The notes under the pieces were generated by a model. It saw nothing but the letters and a program-made list of their open reading frames with translations. It was not told the origin of the DNA and made no database searches. Positions 11,991 through 22,453 of a DNA stretch of 64,000 bases are shown piece by piece; position 1 is the first letter of the stretch, and each line of letters opens with the position of its first letter. A program made the translations under genes and the position numbers. The DNA comes from an uncultured bacterium (GTDB lineage Bacteria > Babelota > Babeliae > Babelales > Vermiphilaceae), in the NCBI GenBank assembly GCA_963727255.1, contig CAVSFC010000002.1, forward strand, positions 416,001 to 480,000. Reading direction: 5' to 3'.

Positions 11991-12839
11991 TTAAATTGCG
12001 CCTTTTTTTTGCAGAGCGGCAAGGCCTAGAGCAGCTCGTGCGAGTTCTCGTCTTTGCATATCAAGAAATGGGCGACCTGTTGCTTTATTTGCTAAGTCAA
12101 CAACTGTTTTGCCGTTCTTATCGTGCGGGAATGGATTTTTGAAGGTGTGATAATAAAATAATATTCGCATAAGTTTCGTGCGCTGTTCTAATATTATCTT
12201 CCAATTTTTCAGTGCAATTGGATCGTCCACAGAGGGATCGTGGAGCGTTAAAAGGTTGCATAATGCCATCGCAGAATTGCCGCAAAAATCTGAGGTTTCC
12301 ATAAGATGCTCTAATGCTGTTTTGCCTCTATCTTTTCTTTCGGGATCTGCACCAGCCTTCATAAGAGATTGAACGATTTTTAATCTGATATTGCTTTTTG
12401 CATCATCGAGGGTATCTTTTACCCGCCAGCACATTGCATGAAGCGGAAAGCATCCATCTAGATTTGGTTTCGCATTAAAACCCAGAAGTAAGTCAACCAT
12501 TTCAGGATGGTCTCCCTCAACAGCATATACCAATGGGCTTGCTTTGCTAGCTGATGGCGCATTAGGATCCGCGTTATGCGTAAGCAATAGTTCCGCCTCC
12601 TCTAAACGATTATTAAAAGCCACATGGCACAGCGTAGTTCTATCGTTATTACAGTATTTGCGCTCATTGAGATCTTGATTATTGTTAATCATATCAACAA
12701 TATCATTATACAACCAATTTCGAGCCTCATAACCTCTCTTAGCAAGCAGAGGTTTTTCCATTGTGGTAATTTTGAAAGGCATTATTCCTAAAAGCGCGAT
12801 AACTAAAAGATAAAATCTGTGCATGTATAAAACTTTCAT
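11991..12839 (-). CDS. Secreted ankyrin-repeat protein
   Basis: Signal peptide ending TT-MEKP; LLLTHNADPN, SPLVYAV..MVDLLLGFNAKPN, LMKAGADPE, GKTAL. Confidence 0.88.
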   Translation of the reverse strand: MKVLYMHRFYLLVIALLGIMPFKITTMEKPLLAKRGYEARNWLYNDIVDMINNNQDLNERKYCNNDRTTLCHVAFNNRLEEAELLLTHNADPNAPSASKASPLVYAVEGDHPEMVDLLLGFNAKPNLDGCFPLHAMCWRVKDTLDDAKSNIRLKIVQSLMKAGADPERKDRGKTALEHLMETSDFCGNSAMALCNLLTLHDPSVDDPIALKNWKIILEQRTKLMRILFYYHTFKNPFPHDKNGKTVVDLANKATGRPFLDMQRRELARAALGLAALQKKGAI

Positions 12840-13059
12840 AAATTAAAATAAAGATGTTATTTAATAAAAATGTAAAGATAATGCCCAAATTGTCAAATTA
12901 GAATAGCAAAAATCTAAACGCATCTTTTAGTGTAAAAGCGATTATGCTCAGATGCAAACTGAGAGAACAGAGTTTGATGGCTGTATAACAATGTAGTATC
13001 ATTGTATCTCTGGCAACCTTATTTTAAGGTTCTCTATAAAAATAGAAAAAAAGGTTTTT

Positions 13060-13907
13060 ATGAAAAAATTGTTATATGCCTATCTAATTTCTCTCGGAAT
13101 TGCCGACGCTTCCAGTTTTGCGATGGACATAGAAAAAAACGAATATATTTATGATGTTCCTGCTATTGCAAACAAAGTCTTCCGAGTAACACCAACGGAG
13201 CAATTATTGGCTATTAAAACTGAAAATGAACTAACAGATGAAGGGATTATTGCCAATCTGATCATACGCCCGGATGTTAGTAAAAGAAAAGCAGTTGATA
13301 GCCTCGAGCTTACCTGCTTTGGTGCTAAGGGGGATAAAAATTGTATTAAAGAGAATGCTAATGAAATGCAATTAGGCGCGATAGCATTAATGCGATCCGA
13401 TGTTTCTGAAGCATTGGGGGGAGCGCATATTCCTGGAGATACTATTCATATCGAAGGGTTGCGCGTAGGAAAAAAATATATCAGTCCTGGCGATATTATT
13501 GTTATTCGTCGTCGAGGAACGGTTAAATCGATCTTGCTTAAAACATATATTCCTCATCATGCCTGTTGGAAGCTCAAAGCGCGCTGCGGCCAAGAAGCGT
13601 TTGATTTTTTAAATTGCGGAGGAGCGTATGAAAATGGTTACCAAAGTGATCGCGGCTTGATCCATGGTGAAAATGATCATCTTCGCGGGCTTATTTTGGC
13701 AGTGTTAAAAGAGGGCGAAGTGAACACTGGTGATAGCGCAGTGATCGAGCGGGCAGAAAAAAAGAAGCTCGATTAAAAGAATTTAACGTGCATGAACTGG
13801 CAGCTAAATTGATGGCAATGAGCGAAGAACCTGGAAAAAAATATGAAACAAATCATCTGAATATTATGAAGGTGGAAAAAGATGCAGAGCAGAAACGAAA
13901 AAAATAG
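13060..13907 (+). CDS. Secreted MOSC-domain-like protein (C-terminal frameshift near 13770)
   Basis: GAKGDK, PGDTIHIEG, PHHACWKLKARCG, LRGLILAVLKEGEVNTGD match the MOSC pattern; signal peptide ending FA-MD. Confidence 0.7.
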
Positions 13908-13920
13908 CCCAGCGTGATTC

Positions 13921-14352
13921 TTATTCTTCAAAAATTTTCTTGCTGCGCATTTTCTTAATCATGCCACGATGGGATTTTTCTTCCAATCGTGCTTCCTGAG
14001 CTCCTTTAGATACTCGTGTTGCCATTCTTTTTTTAGGAACATGAAGTGCTTTGCTGACAATCTGCCCCAGGCGTATGAGCGCCATTTTTCTATTTTGCTC
14101 TTGGCTGCGCGTTGCGCTGCTATGAATAATAAGATCCCCCTCAGCGGTTAGTTGCGCTGCAAGTTTTTCCAGCACTCGGTGCTTCTGCTCATCATTGAGA
14201 ACAGCGGTATTTTTCACATTCCAGCGGACGGTGATTTTGGTGCTTGTTTTATTAACATGCTGTCCGCCGGCTCCACCAGATCGGCTGCTGGTTATCTCAA
14301 TCTCATGTTCGGGAATAATAATTCCGTTTTTAACAGGTACATCATTTTTCAT
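13921..14352 (-). CDS. arfB: Alternative ribosome rescue factor ArfB
   Basis: SRSGGAGGQHVNKTSTK, RSQEQNR, basic C-terminal tail. Confidence 0.95.
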   Translation of the reverse strand: MKNDVPVKNGIIIPEHEIEITSSRSGGAGGQHVNKTSTKITVRWNVKNTAVLNDEQKHRVLEKLAAQLTAEGDLIIHSSATRSQEQNRKMALIRLGQIVSKALHVPKKRMATRVSKGAQEARLEEKSHRGMIKKMRSKKIFEE

Positions 14353-14586
14353 AGTGATAGTATGATAGCGTAAATGGGCAGTAAAATAATATGGTATGCG
14401 ATATTTTTGCTAGAAATACCGCTGTTGGATATATAAAAGCGAACTGTCGACAGTTTGTCACGAATTACAATTAAGTTGAGTTTGTGTCAAAACATCACGC
14501 ACTGAAATGATAAATTGAGAATTCAGTTATCAACAATTTGTCGACAACTGAAAATGACATTAGTTTTATAAAAAATAGGATCTCAA

Positions 14587-14763
14587 ATGGTGTCGGAAAT
14601 AACAAATCTTCTTATTGAACTTTTTGATGCGATATTTTCTTTTATTATTATTGGATTCATTTTGGCAAAATTTTCATTTCCATGGAATATTTTTCTCATC
14701 GGGATTTTAATTCTTCCATTTGGTATTGGCATATTTCGGGCAATTTTGGCTCACGGTAAATAA
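14587..14763 (+). CDS. Small membrane protein (58 aa, below ORF-track cutoff)
   Basis: AGGA RBS; MVSEITNLLIELFDAIFSFIIIGFILAKFSFPWNIFLIGILILPFGIGIF with two hydrophobic stretches; ends 15 nt before next gene. Confidence 0.45.
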   Translation: MVSEITNLLIELFDAIFSFIIIGFILAKFSFPWNIFLIGILILPFGIGIFRAILAHGK

Positions 14764-14778
14764 TAAAAGGATTATTTT

Positions 14779-15621
14779 ATGAGATATTTAGCACTCATGA
14801 TAATTGCAGTAACTTGCATGCATGGCATTCCGGCAGAAAAATTAACTAAAATTTTACATGAAGCAAAAGCTCCATTTTCATATAATCTTGGGCTCAAAGT
14901 GCTTCCGAGCAGGCATAAGCAAGCGCCGATAATGATCTGCTGCCATGGATATGGAGCAAATAATCAAATTGGTGATGCGGTTTATTCAACCGGTGCAGTA
15001 CTCGATCATATCGTGAGTTTTAATTTTCCCGATTTTGATTGTGTCGCAAAGCAATATGATCCAAAAAAGAGTACTTTTGGGAGCATTAATGAACTTTTGC
15101 CCCTCTTTTACATACTCAAAAAATGCGTCATCGATGCGCAGCAGGAAAAAATTAATCTTTATGGATTTTCTGCTGGAGGGGCCGCAGTTATTAATATGCT
15201 GGCAGTATTGAACCATACAACCTATGATGAGCAACTCAAAGATATTGGTATTACAGTTGAAAATAAGGAAAAAATTCGCGCAGCGATTCAAAAGGGTGTC
15301 ATCATTCTTGAATGCCCAATGAAATCAGTTGAAGAGCTTATGGATGCTCATGGTAAATCTCAGGAATTTGAAATTCTTGCCAAGAGGTATGCGCAGAATA
15401 GTATGCGGCCGATTGATGCAGTAAAAAATTTAGATGGTTTAAATCTCACTATTCTGCTCTATTTTGAGAATCCTGATGATATTTTGGGTAATCGCGATGA
15501 TCAGCTTTTAATTGACTGCCTAAAAAAAGCGAACAATGGAAAAACTGAAGTAGTAATCGGCTCGTATGGCGGGCATAATAGCTATCACAAAATTTTGTGG
15601 GATCGATATAAAAAACTCTAA
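14779..15621 (+). CDS. Secreted alpha/beta hydrolase
   Basis: CHGYG oxyanion motif, GFSAGG nucleophile elbow, DD and GGHN catalytic candidates. Confidence 0.85.
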   Translation: MRYLALMIIAVTCMHGIPAEKLTKILHEAKAPFSYNLGLKVLPSRHKQAPIMICCHGYGANNQIGDAVYSTGAVLDHIVSFNFPDFDCVAKQYDPKKSTFGSINELLPLFYILKKCVIDAQQEKINLYGFSAGGAAVINMLAVLNHTTYDEQLKDIGITVENKEKIRAAIQKGVIILECPMKSVEELMDAHGKSQEFEILAKRYAQNSMRPIDAVKNLDGLNLTILLYFENPDDILGNRDDQLLIDCLKKANNGKTEVVIGSYGGHNSYHKILWDRYKKL

Positions 15622-18182
15622 TTATTTGATTTATATATTTTATAAAAAAGCACCTTGATTATATCGGTAATAATAAAATAGCCTATTACGATGATTCCAA
15701 TAAAAAGCAAGTTGTGCATGGATAGTGGGGTAAAATGGAGAAACTTTTGCCCAAAGTAGGTGTAGGGTAATGCAACGGTGCTTAACGCAACAAGGGTTGA
15801 GAGTGTTGCTACGATCCATGAAGGAGCGGGTGCTCTATAAAAGGGAAGCGTGGTACGAATTGAATAGAAGAAGCTTACCTCCACCAAAACACTCGTTATA
15901 AACCAATTCGTTTGTAATACTGCCGGTTGCGCATGGTAAAAGAGGCTAAAAATAATAAAATCAGCGACCATAACCACTAGGCCAAGTATCATTGTAACTA
16001 ATGCGATATCCTTGAGATCATATTTTTTAGGTGTCTTAATATCATGAAAACTAACCGAATCAGTGGAAATTGCGATGAGCGGGAAATCAGTGAGCAAGCT
16101 TACGAGCAAAAGTTGAACCGGTAACATGGGTAAAAAATCGATTAAAAGCGATGCGATTGTCAATGCATAAAAATGCCCAAAATTCGCAGCCAGAGTAGAT
16201 TTTATATATTTAACCATGTTGGCTACAATTACTCGGCCTTCATGAATGCCATCCACAATAACGCGTAAACTTTTATGGAGTAAAATAATGTCGGCAACTT
16301 CGCGGGCGACATCAGCAGCAGTGTCAACAGCCATTGAGACAAAGGCGATTTTGAGTGCCGGCGCATCATTTATTCCATCGCCCAGATATCCAACATCATA
16401 TTTTTCTTCCAATGTTTTAATGATCTCTACCTTTTGATTAGGGACAATATGAGCAAAAGCCACACATTGTTCGATGCTTTTTTCTTTTCCAGTATTATCT
16501 TTCTGCGATAATTCTTCGCCACTGATTATTTGATTTTCATTGGTTATCAACTTAACGCTTTGAGCAACTGCATAATTTACTTCCTTGGTGTCTCCGCTAA
16601 TAATTTTTACGATAACTCCTAAATCATGCGCCCGTTTGAGGGCTGCGGCAGCAGTTGGCTTGAGTGGATCCTCATAAGAAATTAATCCGATATATTCTAA
16701 GTTAATTTCATCATCTTTACTGATTGTTGTAAGCGGTTTTGAGATTTCCTTTTTTGCAAAGCCAAGTACACGATGGCCCAAGAGGCCTTCTTTAATGCTC
16801 CAGGTATTTATTTCATCTTTATTTGCATCGCTCAATTGAGGACAACGAGAAATAACCTCTTGTACATTTCCTCGCACAAGTAATATATATTCATCTTTTT
16901 TTTGGAGGAGTACTGACGAGTAGCGTAATAATGGATCAAAAGGATGTTCTGCTATTACCGTGTATTGGTCAAGTAATTTTTGTTCTTTTTCCGTTAATTC
17001 TCGCCAAAGTGGGCCATTAAAACCTTGATCTTTTGCAAATGCAGAAGAAGGCAGACCTGAGGCTAATAAGCCGAAGATGATTGTTTGTTTTTCATCGGCT
17101 GATTTGATTGTCACAAGCTTTAATTTATTTTCTGTGAGGGTACCAGTTTTATCGGCGCATAATATTTCCATGCTCCCGAGATCCTCAATAGAAGAAAGCC
17201 TTTTTACCACTACTTTATGTTTTGCAAGATGCAATGCACCTCGAGAAAGTGAAGCGGTCATAACAATCGGTAATGCTTCAGGAATAATACTAATACCCAA
17301 AGCCATTGAGAAAATAATCAAATTGATAATATCGAGTTTTTGGTTGTTCAAAAGTAGATGTGCAATAAAGACGCATGCAACTGTGATGAGAATCATATAT
17401 AGAATAAATCGGCTAAATCGGGCAATTCCTTTAGCAAAACTGCTTAATTTAGTAGCTTCTTTTGCAGTAGTTGCAATCGAGCCGAAATATGAATTATTGC
17501 CAGTTGCGATAACAATACCAATTCCTTTGCCATTTAAAACAGTTGTCCCGCTAAATCCAATATTTGATGCATTGAATACAGTAATATTTTTATTTTCAAC
17601 AACCGCGTTATTTTTTTCTACGGGGGCTGATTCACCGGTTAAAATTGATTCATCGATCGTTAGATTTTCGGTATTGATAAGGCGCACATCAGCCGGAATC
17701 TTATCGCCAGGATATAATTTTATAACATCGCCCGGAACAAGTTGATCAGTATTTATTTCTACCTCTTTCCCATCGCGGACAATTCGAATTGTATCAACAA
17801 TATATTTTTGGAGAAGAAGAAGTGAATTATGGGACCGATACTCTTGATAAAAACTAAAAATAGTATTGATTCCCACTAAAATTAGAATCATCGAACCATC
17901 AAGCGGCTCTCGGAGGATAAAATTTATTAAGGCAATAATAATCAATAAATAAATAAAAGGAGATTTTATCTGATTTAAGAGAATATTCCATGCGGTAATC
18001 TCATGCCCGGTGATTGCATTAAACCCGAATTCTTTGTGAGCCTGAGCAACTTGTGCAGAAGAGAGCCCACGATTTTGATCAGTTTTTAATGATGAAATGA
18101 GTTCTTCGATTGATTGTGCGGCGTATTTTTTAAATATGCCTTCGGCCGGAAGTTTGAGATCTTTTTTTTCAGGCATATGCAC
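15618..18182 (-). CDS. mgtA: P-type ATPase, Mg2+-importing MgtA-like
   Basis: LTGES, PEALP, DKTGTLT, ISGD, GDGINDAPAL; STLAANFGHF and FLPMLPVQLL typical of the Mg2+ subclass. Confidence 0.88.
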   Translation of the reverse strand: MHMPEKKDLKLPAEGIFKKYAAQSIEELISSLKTDQNRGLSSAQVAQAHKEFGFNAITGHEITAWNILLNQIKSPFIYLLIIIALINFILREPLDGSMILILVGINTIFSFYQEYRSHNSLLLLQKYIVDTIRIVRDGKEVEINTDQLVPGDVIKLYPGDKIPADVRLINTENLTIDESILTGESAPVEKNNAVVENKNITVFNASNIGFSGTTVLNGKGIGIVIATGNNSYFGSIATTAKEATKLSSFAKGIARFSRFILYMILITVACVFIAHLLLNNQKLDIINLIIFSMALGISIIPEALPIVMTASLSRGALHLAKHKVVVKRLSSIEDLGSMEILCADKTGTLTENKLKLVTIKSADEKQTIIFGLLASGLPSSAFAKDQGFNGPLWRELTEKEQKLLDQYTVIAEHPFDPLLRYSSVLLQKKDEYILLVRGNVQEVISRCPQLSDANKDEINTWSIKEGLLGHRVLGFAKKEISKPLTTISKDDEINLEYIGLISYEDPLKPTAAAALKRAHDLGVIVKIISGDTKEVNYAVAQSVKLITNENQIISGEELSQKDNTGKEKSIEQCVAFAHIVPNQKVEIIKTLEEKYDVGYLGDGINDAPALKIAFVSMAVDTAADVAREVADIILLHKSLRVIVDGIHEGRVIVANMVKYIKSTLAANFGHFYALTIASLLIDFLPMLPVQLLLVSLLTDFPLIAISTDSVSFHDIKTPKKYDLKDIALVTMILGLVVMVADFIIFSLFYHAQPAVLQTNWFITSVLVEVSFFYSIRTTLPFYRAPAPSWIVATLSTLVALSTVALPYTYFGQKFLHFTPLSMHNLLFIGIIVIGYFIITDIIKVLFYKIYKSNN

Positions 18183-18334
18183 TCCTCTAAATATTTAGCC
18201 TGATGGAATGATACAAAATGAGAAAAGTAAAAATGAAGAATTAACAATGTTCAATCATATTTTATTGCAAAAAAACCTAAAAGGCTTATGATTGAGACAT
18301 TTTAAAACAATCTCATCTATGAAAGGCTTTTCGA

Positions 18335-19363
18335 ATGAGTAAAATGATACATGCATTTATGCTTTTACTTTGTTTTTCTCTGGTAAATGGCAACTCTCAC
18401 TATAAAAAAGATAGTTGCTATGTCCAAGAACTTAAGAGTTTCAAAAAATCCCCTGACAATGAGCTTATCTTCAATGAAGATGTGAATCCCGGATTGGCGC
18501 ATATTCAGAAATCTCTTGAGATATGCAAAGATCTTTCTTTTTTGGGGCGTCTTTCTCGCTTCATGTTTATGAGGCTGGATCCGGTTATTGTTACTGCTAC
18601 AACAATGCCAAAGTTGCATGCATATGTTGATAATGTGTGCAAAAAAGCAGGTATTGCAACCCCAATCATTTTTATTACACCAGATAAACATGGGTTTTTT
18701 AATGCGGCTGCAGCAAAACTATTTACGAGTACCGGTGGTATTATTATTGGTCAAAAAATGATTTATGAAACTACCCAAGAAGAATTGGAAGCAATTATCG
18801 CACATGAAATTGGCCATATTAAATACAATCATGTTAATAAGAATATTGCATTACTATTTGCTTCTTGGTTCGGCGCTGAGATACTCACCAATTTCGCTGT
18901 TGAAAGTTATAGACAAATCACTAATACCGATAAAATACCTTACACGGAAAATCAATTGTGGCTAAAAGTCTGGGTTCCGCTTATTGCTTTCTGGACTGGC
19001 CCGAGCCTTATCGTTAACAAACGTTTCGAAAAACAAGCCGATCATTTTGCCTTTGAAAATGGACGAGCGCAAGGGCTGGCTGACGTTTTCCAAGGTTTTA
19101 TAGAGCGTGAATCTGAATATGATGAAGATTTTAATACAGTTTATGCAAATCTGCAAAATGCTAAATCTAAGATTTCATGTTTTGATTATTTCGCATTAAT
19201 GTTCAGGTATTATCTTAGTAAGGGTGGGCATTGTTTCGATAAATTTTATCGATATGTATATACGCATACTCCATTGGGAGCTCATCCATCTCATGAAGCG
19301 CGTATTAAGGCAGCGCAAGAGTATCTTGCTCAGCATTCGGATTGGGAAGCTTCGCAAAATTAA
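18335..19363 (+). CDS. M48-family zinc metallopeptidase
   Basis: NAAA, AIIAHEIGH, EKQAD, HPSHEARI. Confidence 0.88.
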   Translation: MSKMIHAFMLLLCFSLVNGNSHYKKDSCYVQELKSFKKSPDNELIFNEDVNPGLAHIQKSLEICKDLSFLGRLSRFMFMRLDPVIVTATTMPKLHAYVDNVCKKAGIATPIIFITPDKHGFFNAAAAKLFTSTGGIIIGQKMIYETTQEELEAIIAHEIGHIKYNHVNKNIALLFASWFGAEILTNFAVESYRQITNTDKIPYTENQLWLKVWVPLIAFWTGPSLIVNKRFEKQADHFAFENGRAQGLADVFQGFIERESEYDEDFNTVYANLQNAKSKISCFDYFALMFRYYLSKGGHCFDKFYRYVYTHTPLGAHPSHEARIKAAQEYLAQHSDWEASQN

Positions 19364-19387
19364 AAATATATCTCTTAGAACAGAATT

Positions 19388-19418
19388 AAAAGGCACTCAT
19401 AACTGAGTGCCTTCTTTT
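19388..19418 (+). terminator. Rho-independent terminator
   Basis: AAGGCACTCA-TAAC-TGAGTGCCTT followed by CTTTT, just after the M48 gene. Confidence 0.8.
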
Positions 19419-19616
19419 ATTCTCCGACGCCAGAAAACCGCAAGGCTTTTTAAGCCTGGGGATGAATGGCGGGAGAATATCCGCCGAAGTTTGCCAAGCC
19501 GGCCTGTCCTTCGTAGCTTTAGCGTAGTAGGAAAGGCCCGGATAAACGTAGGCTGGATAAGGCTTTGGCGAATTCCGCGCGATACACCGGCTTTTAAGCC
19601 GGTGAGCGCTTTATTT
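19416..19616. mobile_element. ~200-bp non-autonomous element (IS200/IS605-type ends) carrying nested REPs, copy 1
   Basis: Near-identical to 22454..22658; begins and ends with TTTAT; subterminal hairpins AGGCTT-TTT-AAGCCT and CACCGGCTT-TT-AAGCCGGTG; no transposase ORF. Confidence 0.7.
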
Positions 19617-20321
19617 AAATAATTGCTGAAGAAAAGCCTCAATATCATTCCATGAATGATTTGCTGCGATTGGATTATATAAAAGCCCATTCTTCGCATC
19701 ATTTGCCTGAGGATTTACAAAGGCATGTTTCGTATTTCCATACAAATTTGCTTGCCAATCAACATTCGATTCATCGAGCTCTTTGCCCAATATTTTTAGC
19801 TGCTCGATAGTGGCAATTGGATCATTAAATCCATGAAGAATGAGAATTTTCGCTTTAATGGGATGTGTTTTTACATGGTCGGGTGCATCGAAATGTCCGT
19901 AGACACTAATAGCCCCATTTAGAGAAACGCCACTTCGTGCCAAGTCGAGTGCACAAATTCCGCCAAAGCCGTAGCCTAAAGCTACGATTTTTGATGTGTC
20001 AGCAGAGGGCAATGAACAAGCTATTTGGTAGCCTTTTAAAATTCTTCTTTGGAGTAACGCGCGATCTGCAATAAAAGGTGCTTTGAGTGAAGCATTTTCT
20101 TCTTTTGATTTGCCAAGAATATTTTTGCCATACATATCAAGCGCAAAGCCAATATATCCTAATTGGGCGATAAGTTCCGCTTTTTCTTGTATAAATGCAT
20201 CTCTGCCTGCCCACGCATGGCAAAGAATTACCAAAGGCCGTTTACTTTCAGATTGATATGCGCAAAACGCTTGCAATTCAATTTTTTCATCATAATACGG
20301 AACTAATGTTTTCTTTAGCAT
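19611..20321 (-). CDS. Dienelactone hydrolase family protein
   Basis: CHAWAG, GFALDMYG, GYGFGG (usual Cys reads Gly), LHGFNDP, YGNTKHAFVNP. Confidence 0.9.
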   Translation of the reverse strand: MLKKTLVPYYDEKIELQAFCAYQSESKRPLVILCHAWAGRDAFIQEKAELIAQLGYIGFALDMYGKNILGKSKEENASLKAPFIADRALLQRRILKGYQIACSLPSADTSKIVALGYGFGGICALDLARSGVSLNGAISVYGHFDAPDHVKTHPIKAKILILHGFNDPIATIEQLKILGKELDESNVDWQANLYGNTKHAFVNPQANDAKNGLLYNPIAANHSWNDIEAFLQQLFK

Positions 20322-20395
20322 GATTTATTCCTACACAATCTTGATTGTTTGGCTTTTCTTTTTTTATTATAAAAAAAATAAGAAAAGGAGTCTCA

Positions 20396-22453
20396 ATGAA
20401 TAAAAGAAAATTATTGATGGCATTTGTGGCAGTTTTTTTTTCAATTAATTGGGTTATTCCAGTAACTGCAAATATGGTATGCCCAGCATGTTCACCCGTT
20501 GCTGCTACCTTTTGTTCGGGATGCTTTAAAAATGATTTATCAGTGCAAGGAAATTTTTCTGTCTGTGGGACTTCAACATTTTATGGACCAGTAATTTTTA
20601 ATGTGACTGGTCCCGGTGGTACTGGCTGCACGGGCGGTAACTTTGTTTTTCCAGGAAATGTTGGCATCACTGGCAATTTAAGTGTTTGTGGTTACATTGA
20701 CAGCGATACCGATTTTAGACTCAGCCAGATAATTATTCTTAAAGAAGATCTGCTTGACGATGGAAATCTTTCAGTTGGTTTTGGCACAAACAATGTTGCC
20801 AATGGAGTAGAAAATACTGCGGTCGGATTTAATGCATTGTCTGTAAATGCCACCGGAATAAATAATACGGCTCTTGGCAGTGCGGCGCTTTCCAGCAATA
20901 CGTTTGGAGAAAATAATGTTGGGATAGGAGCAGGCGCGCTTGCTGATAATGATTCCGGTTCAGATAATGTAGCGGTAGGTACTGCTGCTCTTTCAAATAA
21001 TGTTCTCGGAATAAATAATATAGGGATAGGTACCCAGGCTTTATTTAATAATATTGCATCAGGGAACGTTGCGATTGGGTTTAAATCGCTTTTTAGTAAT
21101 ATCTCTGGCATCAATAATATTGCCCTTGGCACTGCTTTGACAAGTAATACCAGTGGATCGAATAATATAGCATTTGGATTCGCTGCATTATTGGCAAATA
21201 CAATGGGTATTCAAAATATCGCAATAGGCACATCAGCTCTCGCCAGTAATATCACCGGTGATAACTGCGTTGCCATCGGCTTCCAATCATTATTTAATAA
21301 CACTGAAGATAATAATATTGGCATCGGGTTTCAAACATTGTTTACCAATACTCTTGGGGCGGATAATATTGCATTAGGTACTTCTGCTCTTTTTTCAAAC
21401 ATCACGGGTGAAGATAATATTGCGCTTGGCTTCCAAGCACTCTTTATGAATTCCAGCGCAAACAATAATATTGCAATGGGAAAGCAGGCACTTTTTGCTA
21501 ACACTATGGGTAGCGATAATATAGGTTTAGGATTTAATGCTTTAAAGAACAATGGAGATGGCACGGATAATATTGCACTGGGCAATAGTGCGATGCTGAG
21601 CAATACGAGTGGAATTGATAATATCGCATTTGGCCAAAACTCATTAAAAGCAAATATGGCGGGCAGCCAAAATATCGGGATGGGTGCATCATCGCTGACC
21701 AGTAATGTTGATGGTATAGAAAATGTTGCTTGCGGCTTTGAGGCGCTCATGAATAATGTGAGCGGTGATGATAATGTTGCCCTTGGGTATCAAGCACTAT
21801 ACGCCAATGTGACCGGCGCGAATAATGTGGCGGTTGGGCCTTTTGCCTTATTTGATTCTTCAGGACTTGCAAATACTGCCATTGGAGGCTCAGCATTGGA
21901 TGGGCTTATGACAGGTAATGGTAATATCGCTGTAGGGATTTCTGCCGGATCTAATCTTGTTAACTCGAATGATGCTATTATGATCGGCAGCCTGGGAACG
22001 GCGGCAGATGATAATATTATCCGAATCGGAGCTGCCCAATCAGAATGTTTTATTGCCGGTATTTTTGGGGTAACCACTACTCTGGGGGATGCGATTCCTG
22101 TGGTTATTGATGGTAATGGGCAATTGGGAACTGTTGTTTCTTCTGAACGATTTAAAGAAAATATAGAATTATTGCCTGATCAGACCGAGCTTTTGATGCA
22201 ATTGAGACCGGTTACATTTAATTATAGGCATGATAAAAATCATAAAAATCACTATGGTCTTATTGCCGAAGAGGTAGCCAAAATTTATCCTGACTTGGTA
22301 GTCTACGATAAAGAAGGGCAAATATATACGGTAAATTATATGGATTTGATTCCGCTCTTACTCGCACAGATTCAATTGCTCGAGCAAAAATCTCAGAGTT
22401 ATGAGCGCCAATTGGCCCATCTGCAGGGAGCAATCGAGCATTTTGCCGCTTAG
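20396..22453 (+). CDS. Secreted repeat-rich fibre protein with C-terminal peptidase S74 (intramolecular chaperone) domain
   Basis: Signal peptide; many 14-aa N(T/I/V)A(I/L)GxxALxxN repeats; GQLG..SSERFKENI, LRPVTFNY, YGLIAEEV, VNYMDLIPLLL and coiled coil. Confidence 0.9.
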   Translation: MNKRKLLMAFVAVFFSINWVIPVTANMVCPACSPVAATFCSGCFKNDLSVQGNFSVCGTSTFYGPVIFNVTGPGGTGCTGGNFVFPGNVGITGNLSVCGYIDSDTDFRLSQIIILKEDLLDDGNLSVGFGTNNVANGVENTAVGFNALSVNATGINNTALGSAALSSNTFGENNVGIGAGALADNDSGSDNVAVGTAALSNNVLGINNIGIGTQALFNNIASGNVAIGFKSLFSNISGINNIALGTALTSNTSGSNNIAFGFAALLANTMGIQNIAIGTSALASNITGDNCVAIGFQSLFNNTEDNNIGIGFQTLFTNTLGADNIALGTSALFSNITGEDNIALGFQALFMNSSANNNIAMGKQALFANTMGSDNIGLGFNALKNNGDGTDNIALGNSAMLSNTSGIDNIAFGQNSLKANMAGSQNIGMGASSLTSNVDGIENVACGFEALMNNVSGDDNVALGYQALYANVTGANNVAVGPFALFDSSGLANTAIGGSALDGLMTGNGNIAVGISAGSNLVNSNDAIMIGSLGTAADDNIIRIGAAQSECFIAGIFGVTTTLGDAIPVVIDGNGQLGTVVSSERFKENIELLPDQTELLMQLRPVTFNYRHDKNHKNHYGLIAEEVAKIYPDLVVYDKEGQIYTVNYMDLIPLLLAQIQLLEQKSQSYERQLAHLQGAIEHFAA

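Noticed and set aside
14520..14540. oriC, from a DnaA-box-like TTATCAACA
   Set aside because: Single imperfect box with no cluster and no dnaA context
17077..17745. 222-aa plus-strand ORF and similar antisense ORFs (20692, 21331, 43802 and others)
   Set aside because: Shadow frames opposite well-supported genes
19397..19702. ORFs 19397..19702 (-) and 19407..19622 (+)
   Set aside because: Translations of the MITE/REP sequence with no protein-like features
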